DNA of 64,000 nt from an uncultured Novosphingobium sp. (GCA_964630805.1 CAZVWP010000008.1:31721-95720); one strand, 5' to 3'. Shown: positions 9,644-19,680, counted from the stretch's first letter. Translations and numbers: made by a program. Notes: generated by a model from the sequence alone, not told the origin.

Positions 9644-10237
9644 ATGATACAACCCGATCCCCCCGCCCGCATGCCCCCGGTCCAGCCGGAGGACTATACC
9701 GACGAAACCCGAGCCTTTTTCGCCAGGTGGACCGGCGGTTTCCTGAAGGGGGCGGACAGCAACCCGGTGCTCCAGACCTTCGCCCACAACCCCGCGCTGG
9801 CCGAGGCCTTCTCGCAGTTCAACATCCACATCCTGCTGCACAACACCCTGCCGGTGAAGCAGCGCCAGATCGCGATTATGCGCACGGCCTGGATCACCAA
9901 GGCGGTCTACATGTGGTCGAGCCACCTGAACACCTCCATGACCTGCGGCCTGTCCGACGACATGTTCGAGCCAATCAAGCACGGCGCGGACGACCCCTGG
10001 TTCACCCCATTCGAGCAGGCCATCATGCGCGCCACCGACGAACTGGTCGCCGACCGCAATATCTCCGACGCCAACTGGAACGTGCTGATGGCCGAGTGGG
10101 ACAACAAGCAGATGCTGGACTTCATGTTCACCGTCGGCGCCTATGTCGCCATCGCCGGCGTCATGCGCTCGACCGGCGCGCGGCGCGATCCGGACCTGCT
10201 GGCGCTGGCGGAGAAATATGGCGCGCCGGAAGCCTGA
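9644..10237 (+). CDS. Carboxymuconolactone decarboxylase/AhpD-like protein
   Basis: TFAHNPAL, RQIAIMRTAW...YMWSSH, RATDELV and FTVGAY patterns. Confidence 0.8.
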   Translation: MIQPDPPARMPPVQPEDYTDETRAFFARWTGGFLKGADSNPVLQTFAHNPALAEAFSQFNIHILLHNTLPVKQRQIAIMRTAWITKAVYMWSSHLNTSMTCGLSDDMFEPIKHGADDPWFTPFEQAIMRATDELVADRNISDANWNVLMAEWDNKQMLDFMFTVGAYVAIAGVMRSTGARRDPDLLALAEKYGAPEA

Positions 10238-10240
10238 GCT

Positions 10241-11200
10241 TCAGCTACCCCGCAAATGCTCGATCGGCGGCGAATAGACGCGCTGGAGCAGTTCGCGCCA
10301 ATCGTCGTCGGCAAAAGGATCGCCCGGCGCGCGAGCTGAGATGCCCCGGGCGGCGAGGTCGGCGAGATAGGTCTCGACCACCTGCCCGGCGGTAAGATCG
10401 AAGCGGCTGTCCTCGAAGGAGGCGAGATGGGCCTCGTCGGTGAAGACATGTGCTTTCCACAGGATCGAGATGCGCACCGTGCCCGGATCGAAGCGCAGCA
10501 GCATCTTGTCCCCCGCGCGCAATTCCCAGCCCCCGTCCGGCAGGGCGTGCAACCGGTTGTCATAGTGCATCACGGCATGGACTTGCGCCTGCTCCTCGGG
10601 CGTGCCGATATCCTCCATGCGGTGCCACATGAATTCGTTGTCGCTGACAAGGCCATGGTTCCACATAGGGGCGCGCTCGATGCCGGAGGGGCCGTCGAGA
10701 CCGTCCGGCCAGTATTCGAAACCGCCGTTGCTCGCGCGGGTGAACCAGCACAGGCCCGAGGCGATCGGCACCATCCAATCATCGAACAGCCCCGAATGCG
10801 CCATGTTCTGCAGCAACCAGACCGGCGCCTGCGGCGCGCCGAAGCCGCGGAACTGGGCGAGATCTAGGTGCGGCACACCGAGCGGGGTGGCGAGATTGAG
10901 ATTGACCATGGCGGCAAAGGGCCGGACGATCTTCGCCCCGAATGCCTCGCGGGAAGCTGCGATCCAGCGCGGGTTCTCCATGAACAGGGGATCGTTGCAA
11001 TAGGCCTTGAACCACGGTGCCCTCGCCGCCGCGCCCATGGTCGCACCAAGATTGTGGAGCTTGGCCGTGGTCGGATAGGGCGCCAGCCCCTCGACCAGCC
11101 GCAGCGCTGTCTCGGGATCGTCGAACACCTGGTGGATCGTCACCGGGTGCGAGCGCACCATCGCGGGCCGCAGGGCGGCGGACTGGGTTAGCGTCGCCAT
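10241..11200 (-). CDS. Hypothetical protein, putative Fe(II)/2OG-type oxygenase fold
   Basis: HxD (PHLD), GGFEYW and distal His (DNEFMWHR), R.S (VRISILWK) arranged like a DSBH facial triad. Confidence 0.6.
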   Translation of the reverse strand: MATLTQSAALRPAMVRSHPVTIHQVFDDPETALRLVEGLAPYPTTAKLHNLGATMGAAARAPWFKAYCNDPLFMENPRWIAASREAFGAKIVRPFAAMVNLNLATPLGVPHLDLAQFRGFGAPQAPVWLLQNMAHSGLFDDWMVPIASGLCWFTRASNGGFEYWPDGLDGPSGIERAPMWNHGLVSDNEFMWHRMEDIGTPEEQAQVHAVMHYDNRLHALPDGGWELRAGDKMLLRFDPGTVRISILWKAHVFTDEAHLASFEDSRFDLTAGQVVETYLADLAARGISARAPGDPFADDDWRELLQRVYSPPIEHLRGS

Positions 11201-11255
11201 GACCTCACTCCTGAATCTGCCCCCCCATACCACACTATCGGCGCGCGGAATGCCT

Positions 11256-11430
11256 TTATGCCGTCGAAAGCAGGAATGCGCCAAGGGCCAGTAACAACAG
11301 GCCGATGCCATAAGCCGCCGGGCCCGAAATCTGCCCGGAACAGTGCAACCCGGCTCGCCCACCGACGATGGTGGCGAACCCCGGCTATCAGGGCAAATAC
11401 CCCTGCGACGTGGTTGTCGCTCAGCGTCAT
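11256..11430 (-). pseudogene. Frameshifted small two-TM membrane protein
   Basis: ATG overlaps the Mo-enzyme stop; removing one G from a GGGG run gives MTLSDNHVAGVFALIAGFATIVGG...AAYGIGLLLLALGAFLLSTA*. Confidence 0.4.
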
Positions 11431-13595
11431 GGCTTTGCTTCACCAGACGGGCCGGGCAATGTTACCCGGACCGGCACCCCCGAATAGCGCGGCATGAAGT
11501 TGATCGATTGCACGTGCCGGCTAAGCGAGGTCAACTGGCCGACATTGGCGCCGCCATCGGCCCGGACATCGCCGGTAGAGACCAGCGGGCCGAACATGTG
11601 CGTCATCGAGACCACTCCCGGGCGCAGGCGGTCCTCACCGCGCGCCAGGGTGCGGATCGCGCCGAATTCGGAGGCGACCTCCACTTCCGCCCCCTCCTCG
11701 ATCCCCGCCGCCGCCATGTCCTGCGGGTTCATCCAGGCATAGTTCACCGGATAGCGCCGCCGCGCCTCGCGGCTTTCGCGGTAGGCGCTGTTGATCGCGT
11801 GGAGGATGCGGCGGCAGGTAAGGCGGAAGGGGTAGCCTTGTTCGGGAGCTTCGACCGCCAGTTCGGCAAGTTCCGCTGCGACATCGTGCGGGCACAGTTC
11901 CAGCCGGCCGCCTTCCACCGGCGCGGGAAGGACGCGGCGATGCATGTTTGCGGGGCGCACACCGCCCGGATTTGCGGCAATCTCGTCGAAGGGGACGGCG
12001 CTGTCGTGGCAGAGGAAGCGGATAAGGTCGGTCGGGTCGGGCTTCACCGCCATGTCGAGCGGCAGGCCGGGCTGCACATCCTCGAACTTCATTCCGTAGT
12101 TCCAGAACTTGAAGGTCAGCGGCACGCCCATGCGGCCGGAAACGCCCCAGAAGAACTCCCAGTCGTGGATCACGCCAGCCGGCTTTTCGACCACCGCCGG
12201 GGTGTACTGGACATAGGCCTCGGGAAACATGGAATCGCCCGGAACCGTGATCTCCTCGCGCTCGAAGGGCTGCGAGGTGGCGATGATGTAGTCGGCCATG
12301 CGCCCGGTGGCGTTGATCCGGCAATCCAGCGAAACCAGCAGGTCGAGCTTGCCGAAGGCCTCGGCCGCCACCGCAGGATCGCCCATCGCCATCAGCGGAT
12401 CGCCCCCCAGACAGATGAGGGCGCGGATGCGATTGGGGGAATCGGCGGTGATCTCACCCGGGATCAGCGCCGTCGGGAACTCGCCGACCAGCGCGCCGGT
12501 GTCCTGGCTGACGCACTTGGGTTCCTGTTCGAAAGAGCGCGTCGGGGAGACGGCCATCTCGTAGGCGTCCTTGCTTTTCAGCGTCCCGGGATTGCGCACG
12601 AGGTCCCCCTCGCGCCGATATCCGCCCTTCAGCGCATTGACCGTCTCGATCATATGGTCGGCTAGGTTGGAATGGGCCGCCATCGAGGGGCCGGTGCCGC
12701 TACCGGCGATCGGCTTCTTCGCCTCGGCCAGCCACTTTGCCGCCAGTTCGATCTGTTCCACCGGCACGTCCGCCCGGGCCGCCGCCAGTTCCGGCGTGAA
12801 CGGCTCAAGTGCCTTGCGCAGGGCATCCAGGCCATTGCACCAGCGCTCGACGAACTCTCTGTCATAGGTGCCGTCGCGCAGGAGGATGTGGGCGATGGCT
12901 CCGAAAATCTCCGCATCGTGCCCCGGCAGCGGCTGGATCAGCAGGTCCGAATAACGCGCAGTTTCGGTGCGGCGCGGGTCGATGAGGATCACCTTCGCCC
13001 CCCGCTGTCTGGCCGCCTCGAACGCCCGCGCCGGAGCCCCCGGTTCGGCCAGCGCGAAAGGCGCGCCCTGGTGGCTGACCAGCGGATTGCCGCCCGCAAG
13101 CAAAATCAGGTCGGCATCGCGCATCAGGTGCTTGCCCGAGGCCATTATGCCCATGCGGGCCATAGTCACCCACTTGGCCGACTGGTCGATGGTCATGCTG
13201 GAAAAGAAATTCGGCGTGCCCAGCGCCGCCACCCAGGCTCGTTCCATCAGCCCGCCCAGCACCGAGCGATAGGCGCCGGTGCCATGATAGACGGCAATGC
13301 TGCGCGGGCCATGCTCGGCCACCAGCGCCTTCAGCCTGGCCCCGATCTCGTCCATCGCGCGGTCGGCGTCGATCTCGGCGAATTCCCCGTCCGCCCCCCG
13401 CTTCAGGCTGGAGAGCAGCCGCGCTTCCATGCCGTTGTGCAGTTCCACCGCCGCCGTGCCCTTGGGGCACATGTAGGCGCCATAGGGCGAGACCGAGCCA
13501 TCCGGCCGCGCGCGCAGCATGCGGCCGTCTTCGACATCGATTTCCATCGAGCAGAGCGCACCGCAGTTGCGGCAGAAGGTCTTGACTGTATCCAT
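11427..13595 (-). CDS. Molybdopterin-dependent oxidoreductase (DMSO reductase superfamily)
   Basis: N-terminal CRNCGALC...CPKG [4Fe-4S] motif, GGNPLVSH, IDPRRTETA, C-terminal WMNPQD...RPGVVSMTH molybdopterin-binding domain. Confidence 0.92.
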   Translation of the reverse strand: MDTVKTFCRNCGALCSMEIDVEDGRMLRARPDGSVSPYGAYMCPKGTAAVELHNGMEARLLSSLKRGADGEFAEIDADRAMDEIGARLKALVAEHGPRSIAVYHGTGAYRSVLGGLMERAWVAALGTPNFFSSMTIDQSAKWVTMARMGIMASGKHLMRDADLILLAGGNPLVSHQGAPFALAEPGAPARAFEAARQRGAKVILIDPRRTETARYSDLLIQPLPGHDAEIFGAIAHILLRDGTYDREFVERWCNGLDALRKALEPFTPELAAARADVPVEQIELAAKWLAEAKKPIAGSGTGPSMAAHSNLADHMIETVNALKGGYRREGDLVRNPGTLKSKDAYEMAVSPTRSFEQEPKCVSQDTGALVGEFPTALIPGEITADSPNRIRALICLGGDPLMAMGDPAVAAEAFGKLDLLVSLDCRINATGRMADYIIATSQPFEREEITVPGDSMFPEAYVQYTPAVVEKPAGVIHDWEFFWGVSGRMGVPLTFKFWNYGMKFEDVQPGLPLDMAVKPDPTDLIRFLCHDSAVPFDEIAANPGGVRPANMHRRVLPAPVEGGRLELCPHDVAAELAELAVEAPEQGYPFRLTCRRILHAINSAYRESREARRRYPVNYAWMNPQDMAAAGIEEGAEVEVASEFGAIRTLARGEDRLRPGVVSMTHMFGPLVSTGDVRADGGANVGQLTSLSRHVQSINFMPRYSGVPVRVTLPGPSGEAKP

Positions 13596-13641
13596 GGGTT
13601 GGAGGCTAGACCAACAGGAGCATAATCGGGAGGGGAAATTG

Positions 13642-14997
13642 GTGAGCGGAAACAGTGGGCGCCTGCCTATAGGTCGCCTTATCGCCCACGCGGCGATGTC
13701 GCTGCCGATCATGGGCTCGCAATTGCCACTCAGCACCTACCTGCCGGCGATCTATGCCAAGCACATGGGCATCTCGCTCTATGCCCTTGGGGCGATCTTC
13801 CTGGGCGAGCGCATCTGGAGCACCCTGGCGGACCCGCTGGTCGGCTGGCTGTGCGACCGCACTTCCAGCCGCTTCGGCCGCCGCAAGGTGTGGATCGCCA
13901 GCGGCGCGGTGCTGTTTGCGCTGGCCTACGGCTTCCTGTTCTTCCCGGTCTTCGGCGTAACGCCCCTGTCGCTGACTATAGGGCTGGCCACGCTGTTCCT
14001 CGCCTGGTCGATGATCGTGGTGCCCTATTACGCCTGGTCGGGCGAGCTATCGGGGGACTATCATGAGCGGACCCGCGTCACGACTTACCAGACGGTGATG
14101 ACCAACGTCTCGCTGCTGGGCGTGCTGGCGGTGCCGGCGGTGGTGGAGCGGCTCTACCCCGGCGACGACATGCTCAAGCTCAACGCGATGGGGGCGGCGG
14201 TGCTGATCCCGATGATCCCGGGCACATTGCTGATGCTATGGTCTTTTCCCGACACGGCCCGCGCACCCAGTGCCGCCCCGAAGAAGGCGAGGTTGAGCCT
14301 CGGCCAGATGCTGCGCTCCATCGTCAGCGAGACCGTGCTGATCCGCATCATGGTCGCCGATTTCCTGATCCTCGCCGCCCAGGGCGCCCGCGGCGGCCTG
14401 TTCATCTTCTTCGTCGGCTATGTGCTCGGCATGCCAGAGGTCGGCGCCGCGCTGTTCCTGTTCCAGTTCATCTTCGGCATTGTCGCGGCGCCGCTGTGGC
14501 AGGCGGTATCGCGGCGCATCGGCAAGCGCGGTGCCTATTTCTGGGCCGAGGCGATCCAGGCCGCGATCAACTTCGCGCTGGTGCTGGTCGGCAAGGGAGA
14601 CCTGCCGCTGTTTCTCGCCCTCGCGCTGGTACAGGGGCTGACGCAAGGCGCCGGCAACCTCATTCTGCGCGCCATGCTGGCCGACCTGGCCGACGAATAC
14701 CGCCTGCGCACCGGCACCGACCGCACGGCCATGCTGTTCTCGCTGTTCAGCATTTCCGGCAAGGCGGGCTCGGCGGTGCCGCTGGGTATTGCCCTGCCGC
14801 TGATCGCTTGGTTCGGCTTCGATCCGCAGGCGGCGAGCCAGCCCGCATCGGGCCTGCTGGCTCTGTCGCTGGTCTTCTCGCTGGTTCCCGCCTTCGCCCA
14901 CCTTCTCGCGACATTTCTGATACGCGGGTTTTCCATCGACGAGGCGCGTCAAATCGCGATACGACAGCAACTGGAAGCCCGGGAGAAAGCCGCATGA
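13642..14997 (+). CDS. MFS transporter (GPH/Na+-melibiose symporter-like)
   Basis: About 12 TMs; DPLVGWLCDRTSSRFGRRKVW and ELSGDYHERTR motifs. Confidence 0.9.
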   Translation: MSGNSGRLPIGRLIAHAAMSLPIMGSQLPLSTYLPAIYAKHMGISLYALGAIFLGERIWSTLADPLVGWLCDRTSSRFGRRKVWIASGAVLFALAYGFLFFPVFGVTPLSLTIGLATLFLAWSMIVVPYYAWSGELSGDYHERTRVTTYQTVMTNVSLLGVLAVPAVVERLYPGDDMLKLNAMGAAVLIPMIPGTLLMLWSFPDTARAPSAAPKKARLSLGQMLRSIVSETVLIRIMVADFLILAAQGARGGLFIFFVGYVLGMPEVGAALFLFQFIFGIVAAPLWQAVSRRIGKRGAYFWAEAIQAAINFALVLVGKGDLPLFLALALVQGLTQGAGNLILRAMLADLADEYRLRTGTDRTAMLFSLFSISGKAGSAVPLGIALPLIAWFGFDPQAASQPASGLLALSLVFSLVPAFAHLLATFLIRGFSIDEARQIAIRQQLEAREKAA

Positions 14998-15881
14998 GCA
15001 CCAAGACCGCGCTGCGCATCAGCCCCATCGCCGCGAGGATCGGCGCGACCATCGACGGCGTCGAACTGTCCGGAAATCTCGACGATGCCAGCGTTGCGCA
15101 GATCCGCTCAGCCTTGCTGAAGCACAAGGTCGTGTTCTTCCGCGGGCAGGATGGTGTCGGCGATGCCGAGATGGAAGCTTTTGCCGAGCGGCTGGGCGAT
15201 CCCGTCGTGCACCCCAATGTCGCCGCCTCCAGCGGCTCCAAATACCTGCTCGACCTTGAAGCCAGCGCGGGTTTTGCTGCCTCCGTCTGGCACACCGACC
15301 TGACCTTCATGCCCGCCTACCCCATGGCCTCGATCCTGCGCGCGGTCGAACTGCCCGAGGCCGGCGGCGACACCATGTGGGCCAACTGCGCCACCGCCTA
15401 TGACGACATGCCCGAGCCGCTCAAGGCCATGGCCGATCGGCTCTGGGCCGTGCACCGCAACGATGTCGACTATGCCACCGAATTTGCCGGGGATGTGCGC
15501 GAACGGATCGACAGGTACACAAAGCAGGCGCTCGGCACCCTGTTCGAGACGGAGCACCCGGTGGTCCGCGTCCATCCTGAGACGGGCGAGCGGGTATTGC
15601 TGACCGGCATCTTCATCCGCCGCCTGCTGGGCTTCACCGCGAAACAGTCGCAGGCGGTGCTCAACATCCTGCAAGAATACATCATGCGCCCGGAAAACTG
15701 CGTGCGCTGGCGCTGGTCGCCGGGGGATGTGGCGGTTTGGGACAACCGCTCGACGCAGCACCGCTCGGTGGCCGATTTCGGCGACCAGCCGAGGCACCTT
15801 CGGCGCGCGACGATCCATGGGGATGTGCCGGTGGGCGTGGACGGGACGCAGAGCCGGGCAGTGATCGGGCCAGAAGCTTGA
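14994..15881 (+). CDS. TauD/TfdA family 2OG-dependent dioxygenase
   Basis: KHKVVFFRGQ, WHTD, GGDTMWA, HPVVRVHPETG and WDNRSTQHR; ATGA overlap with the MFS gene. Confidence 0.94.
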   Translation: MSTKTALRISPIAARIGATIDGVELSGNLDDASVAQIRSALLKHKVVFFRGQDGVGDAEMEAFAERLGDPVVHPNVAASSGSKYLLDLEASAGFAASVWHTDLTFMPAYPMASILRAVELPEAGGDTMWANCATAYDDMPEPLKAMADRLWAVHRNDVDYATEFAGDVRERIDRYTKQALGTLFETEHPVVRVHPETGERVLLTGIFIRRLLGFTAKQSQAVLNILQEYIMRPENCVRWRWSPGDVAVWDNRSTQHRSVADFGDQPRHLRRATIHGDVPVGVDGTQSRAVIGPEA

Positions 15882-16019
15882 ATCCTCCCCGGGACGGGGA
15901 GGTGGCAGCCGCAGGCTGACGGAAGGGGGTTCGCCGGCCTCAAGCGGCGCTGCGTCAGGACGCGAACCCCCACCACCATCGCCTTTGGCGACGGTCCCCT
16001 CCCCGTCCCGGGGAGGATT
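15881..16019. repeat. ~139-bp palindromic REPIN/MITE-like element
   Basis: Perfect 22-bp terminal inverted repeats AATCCTCCCCGGGACGGGGAGG (15881-15902) and CCTCCCCGTCCCGGGGAGGATT (15998-16019); fills the gap between convergent genes. Confidence 0.88.
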
Positions 16020-16020
16020 T

Positions 16021-16980
16021 TTACCCCAAGGCCTCGGCAATCATCCCCTTGGCCAGCCCCATGATCGTGGCGAAATCCTGCTGCGCCGAGGGTATCCCGC
16101 GCCGATAGGTGCAGAAGCCGTGGATCGTGCCAAGGAACTCGCGATAGGTCACCTGCACCCCCGCCTCGATGGCCTTGGCGGCAAAGGCGCGGCCTTCGTC
16201 GCGCAGGGGGTCGAATTCGGCTGTCACCAGCAAGGTCGGCGGCAGGCCTGCCATCTCGCCCAGCAAGGCCGTTCCGCGCCAGTGGCCATGGTCCGAGGCA
16301 TAGGAGACATCGTAATAGTCCATGCCTTCCTTATCGAGGCCGAAGCCGTTCGAGAAAGCGACGCCCGACGGATAGGGCTGCCTGCGGTCGGCCGAGGGAT
16401 AGATCGGAATCTGCATCAGCAGCGGCAGCGCCGCCGGCTTGTCGCGCAGCGCAAGCGTCGTCACCAGCGTCAGCGTGCCCCCGGCACTGTCGCCGCAGGG
16501 GATGACATGGGTGAACTCGCGCCCGAACTCCGCGCCGTTCTCCGCAATCCAGCGGGTAGCCGCCTCGGCATCGTCGGGCGCGGCGGGCCAGGGATTCTCG
16601 GGCGCGAGGCGGTATTCCACCGAGACCACCGGCAAGTCCAGTTGCCGCGAAATCTCCGCCGCGAAGGGCGCGTGGGTGCCAATGCTGCCGACGACGAAAC
16701 CGCCTCCGTGGTAGAAAACCACCACCGGGCCGGGCGCGCGCTCCTTGCGCACGTCGAACAGCCGCAGCGCAATCTCGCCGCCGGGCCCCGGCATGGTCAG
16801 ATCGCGTATCTCGCCAAGCTCGCCCACCGGCAGGTCGATCTGCTGGAGCATCTGCTCCATCATCTCGGCAGGGATCTGGCGCATCATGGCAATGGTCTCG
16901 TCGCTCATGGCCGGGCGCGGGTTGGCCGCCATGGCGTCGAGGAAGGCGCGCACATCGGGGCGCAGTTTGGATTCGCTCAT
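16021..16980 (-). CDS. HSL-family esterase/lipase (alpha/beta hydrolase)
   Basis: HGGGF, YRLAPE, GDSAGG, DPLRDEG and HGF motifs. Confidence 0.94.
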   Translation of the reverse strand: MSESKLRPDVRAFLDAMAANPRPAMSDETIAMMRQIPAEMMEQMLQQIDLPVGELGEIRDLTMPGPGGEIALRLFDVRKERAPGPVVVFYHGGGFVVGSIGTHAPFAAEISRQLDLPVVSVEYRLAPENPWPAAPDDAEAATRWIAENGAEFGREFTHVIPCGDSAGGTLTLVTTLALRDKPAALPLLMQIPIYPSADRRQPYPSGVAFSNGFGLDKEGMDYYDVSYASDHGHWRGTALLGEMAGLPPTLLVTAEFDPLRDEGRAFAAKAIEAGVQVTYREFLGTIHGFCTYRRGIPSAQQDFATIMGLAKGMIAEALG

Positions 16981-16982
16981 GG

Positions 16983-17438
16983 TCACTTCTTCTCCCGGAT
17001 TTCGCGGAACCGCAGTTCCTGATGGGTATAGGCTTCCAGCCCGATGTCGGGAAAGGTCGAGACATCCCAGGCGTCGCGCCCGCCGACGTCATAATAGACC
17101 GCAGGCTCGCTGGAGCGGTTCTGCAGGTGGTGGGGATTGGGCACCCCGGCCTTGAAGCCGACGCAGTCGCCCGCCCGCAGCACTTCCTCACCCTCGTCGG
17201 TGACCAGCACCAGCTCGCCGGAGATGACGATCACCACCTCGTCGTTGTTGCGGTGCCAGTGGCGGTTGGTGGACCAGGCGCCGGGCGGCAGCTCGACCAT
17301 GTTGACGCCGAACTGGGTGAGCTTCCACTGCCGGGTGAGCGACCAGGTCTTGCGGCCGACGAGCTTCTGGTCGTGCGGCGGCGGATAGCCGGACTGGCCG
17401 CTGCGGCCCGCTTCGGGGGAGATATCGCCTTTGAGCAT
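16983..17438 (-). CDS. RmlC-like cupin protein
   Basis: LTQFGVNMVELPPGAWSTNRHWH..DE and GDCVGFKAG.PNPHHL motifs. Confidence 0.9.
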   Translation of the reverse strand: MLKGDISPEAGRSGQSGYPPPHDQKLVGRKTWSLTRQWKLTQFGVNMVELPPGAWSTNRHWHRNNDEVVIVISGELVLVTDEGEEVLRAGDCVGFKAGVPNPHHLQNRSSEPAVYYDVGGRDAWDVSTFPDIGLEAYTHQELRFREIREKK

Positions 17439-17461
17439 CGACGTTGATCCTCTCTCTTCAA

Positions 17462-17554
17462 CTCCCCTCCCGCTTGCGAGAGGGGGCGGGATGGCTCGAT
17501 GGGAGAGGCCCGGTAACAGGCCCTCCCCTAACCCCTCCCTCAATCGGGAGGGGA
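17462..17554. repeat. Palindromic repeat doublet (CCCCTCCCGCTTGCGGGAGGGG family)
   Basis: Left arm CTCCCCTCCCGCTTGCGAGAGGGG, right arm CCCCTCCCTCAATCGGGAGGGGA; each is a hairpin and they are mutually inverted. Confidence 0.7.
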
Positions 17555-17572
17555 AAATGCGGATGCGAGTCC

Positions 17573-18319
17573 TTATACCCCCGCCGCCATGCCGCCGGTG
17601 ACGCGCATGGTCTCGCCGGTGATGAACTCCGCCTTGTCGGAAGTGAGGAACAGCATGGCATCTACGATGTGCTTCGGCAGCCCATCGTCCGGCAGGATCT
17701 GCATCGCCTTGACCCGCGCCTGCACCTCGGGCGGCAGTTCGGCCTTGATCGTTTCGGTCAGCATCAGCCCCGGCGAGATCGCATTGACCCGCACCGGCGA
17801 CAGCTCGCGGGCGAAAGTGATCGCCAGCCCCGCCACCGCAAGCTTGGTGTCGCCATAGGCCGAGCCGTGCATGTGCGCGGCCGAGGAGGAGATGTTGACG
17901 ATCGATGCGCCTGCCCTGCCCTTCATGTGCGGCGCGGCGGCAAGCGTGCAGCAGATCGTACCCATGACGTTGACCTCGAACAGCCGCCTGGTCTTGGCAT
18001 AGCCCATCTTGGTGATCGGCTGGCCATATTCGTCGCTGTGCAGACCGGCATTGTTGATCAGGATATCGATGCCGCCCTGTATCGCGGCGGCCTCTGCCAT
18101 GACGAGCTGCATGCGCGCCTCATCGGTGACATCTCCCTGCAAGCCGGTCGCAAGTTGTCCCTTGGCGCGGATCTCCGCGGCGGCTTCTTCCGCCACCGCG
18201 CCGTCGATATCTACCAGCACGACATGCGCGCCTTCCGCGGCCAGCGCCTCGCCGAAACCCTTGCCGAAACCCCTGCCGCCGCCGGTGATGACGGCCGTCT
18301 TGCCTTGCCTTGAAGTCAC
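17573..18319 (-). CDS. SDR family oxidoreductase
   Basis: TGGGRGFG, NNAG, YGDTK (YxxxK) and VNAISPG; GTG start. Confidence 0.94.
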   Translation of the reverse strand: MTSRQGKTAVITGGGRGFGKGFGEALAAEGAHVVLVDIDGAVAEEAAAEIRAKGQLATGLQGDVTDEARMQLVMAEAAAIQGGIDILINNAGLHSDEYGQPITKMGYAKTRRLFEVNVMGTICCTLAAAPHMKGRAGASIVNISSSAAHMHGSAYGDTKLAVAGLAITFARELSPVRVNAISPGLMLTETIKAELPPEVQARVKAMQILPDDGLPKHIVDAMLFLTSDKAEFITGETMRVTGGMAAGV

Positions 18320-18456
18320 ATCGCTCTCCTGTCTGATTGCCGGCGAATGCCAGCATCCGCGCAGCTTGTCAGCAGGGATTGCGGGCGGGTGCACTTCCGG
18401 TTCACTATGGCTCACAGAATCGGGGAAACACCCGAGCCCGAGAGGAGTGAGAGACC

Positions 18457-19680
18457 ATGGCCACCGCGCCCGATCTGGTCCCCGATCATGTCCCGCCCGA
18501 ACTGGTGTTCCAGGGCGATTTCGAGGACTTCATCCTTTCCGACCCCGATCCCTACCGCCGCCTTGGCGAACTGCACCAGGGACCGGACATCTTCTGGGTC
18601 AACCGCTGGTCCAAGGGCATGGGCAGCGGCTATGCCGGCTGGCTGGTAACGCGCGAGGCGATACAGCGCGAGGTGCTGACCGACAGCAACCGCTTCGTCA
18701 GCGGCGGCGAGCTGCTCAAGATCATCGGCATCGACCAGCCGCTGATCCCGCTGGAGCTCAACCCGCCGCACCAGCAGCGCTACCGCAAGGTGCTGGAGCC
18801 GTTCTTCGCCCCCAGCGCCATCGATGCGCTCGACACGATGATCCGCGATTGCTGCGAACGCCTGATCGACGCCTTCGAAGGCCAGAACGGCTGCGAGTTC
18901 ATCCACGAATTCGCCGACAAGTTCCCGACGCAGATCTTCCTCGACCTGATGGGCATGCCGCGCGAGAGGCTTTACCAGTTCCTCGACTGGGAGCGCGACA
19001 TGCTGCGCGGCGACACGCCGGACAAGGTGGTGACGGCGATGACCAATATCGCCGATTACCTGACGCAATTCCTCGAGGAGCAGGAGACCAACCCCGGCTC
19101 AGCCCTGATGCAGGGCATCGTCAACGCGCGGCTGGATGATGGCACCGCACTCACTCCGGTGGAGAAGCTGTCCGTCGCCTACATCCTCTACATCGGCGGA
19201 CTGGATACGGTCTATTCGACCATCGGCTGGATCTTCTGGTACCTCGCGCAGGACCAAGCGCTGCAGGAGAAGCTGCGCGAGAACCCGGGCCTCATCACCC
19301 AAGCGAGCGAGGAGCTGCTGCGGGCCTTCTCCGCCGCCTCGACCGGGCGCCGGGTGAAGGAGGACATGGTCTTCCATGGCGTGCCGATGAAGGCAGGCGA
19401 TTCTGTCACCGCCCTGCTCTCGCTCGCCGCCCGCGACCCGCAGGCCTATGACGATCCGCACAAGATCGACATAAACCGCAAGCCCCGCCACATCGCATTC
19501 GGCACCGGCCCGCACACCTGCCTCGGCATCCGCCTGGCCAAGCGCGAGGTGCGGATCGTGCTCGAATGCTTCCTCAGCCGGTTCAAGAACATCCGCATCA
19601 AGCCGGGCGAGAGCCACCGCTACCACGTCGGCAGCGTCTTCGGCATCGATTACCTGCCTCTCGAATGGGACCCAACGTGA
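18457..19680 (+). CDS. Cytochrome P450
   Basis: I-helix GGLDTV, EELLR (ExxR), heme motif FGTGPHTCLG. Confidence 0.96.
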   Translation: MATAPDLVPDHVPPELVFQGDFEDFILSDPDPYRRLGELHQGPDIFWVNRWSKGMGSGYAGWLVTREAIQREVLTDSNRFVSGGELLKIIGIDQPLIPLELNPPHQQRYRKVLEPFFAPSAIDALDTMIRDCCERLIDAFEGQNGCEFIHEFADKFPTQIFLDLMGMPRERLYQFLDWERDMLRGDTPDKVVTAMTNIADYLTQFLEEQETNPGSALMQGIVNARLDDGTALTPVEKLSVAYILYIGGLDTVYSTIGWIFWYLAQDQALQEKLRENPGLITQASEELLRAFSAASTGRRVKEDMVFHGVPMKAGDSVTALLSLAARDPQAYDDPHKIDINRKPRHIAFGTGPHTCLGIRLAKREVRIVLECFLSRFKNIRIKPGESHRYHVGSVFGIDYLPLEWDPT

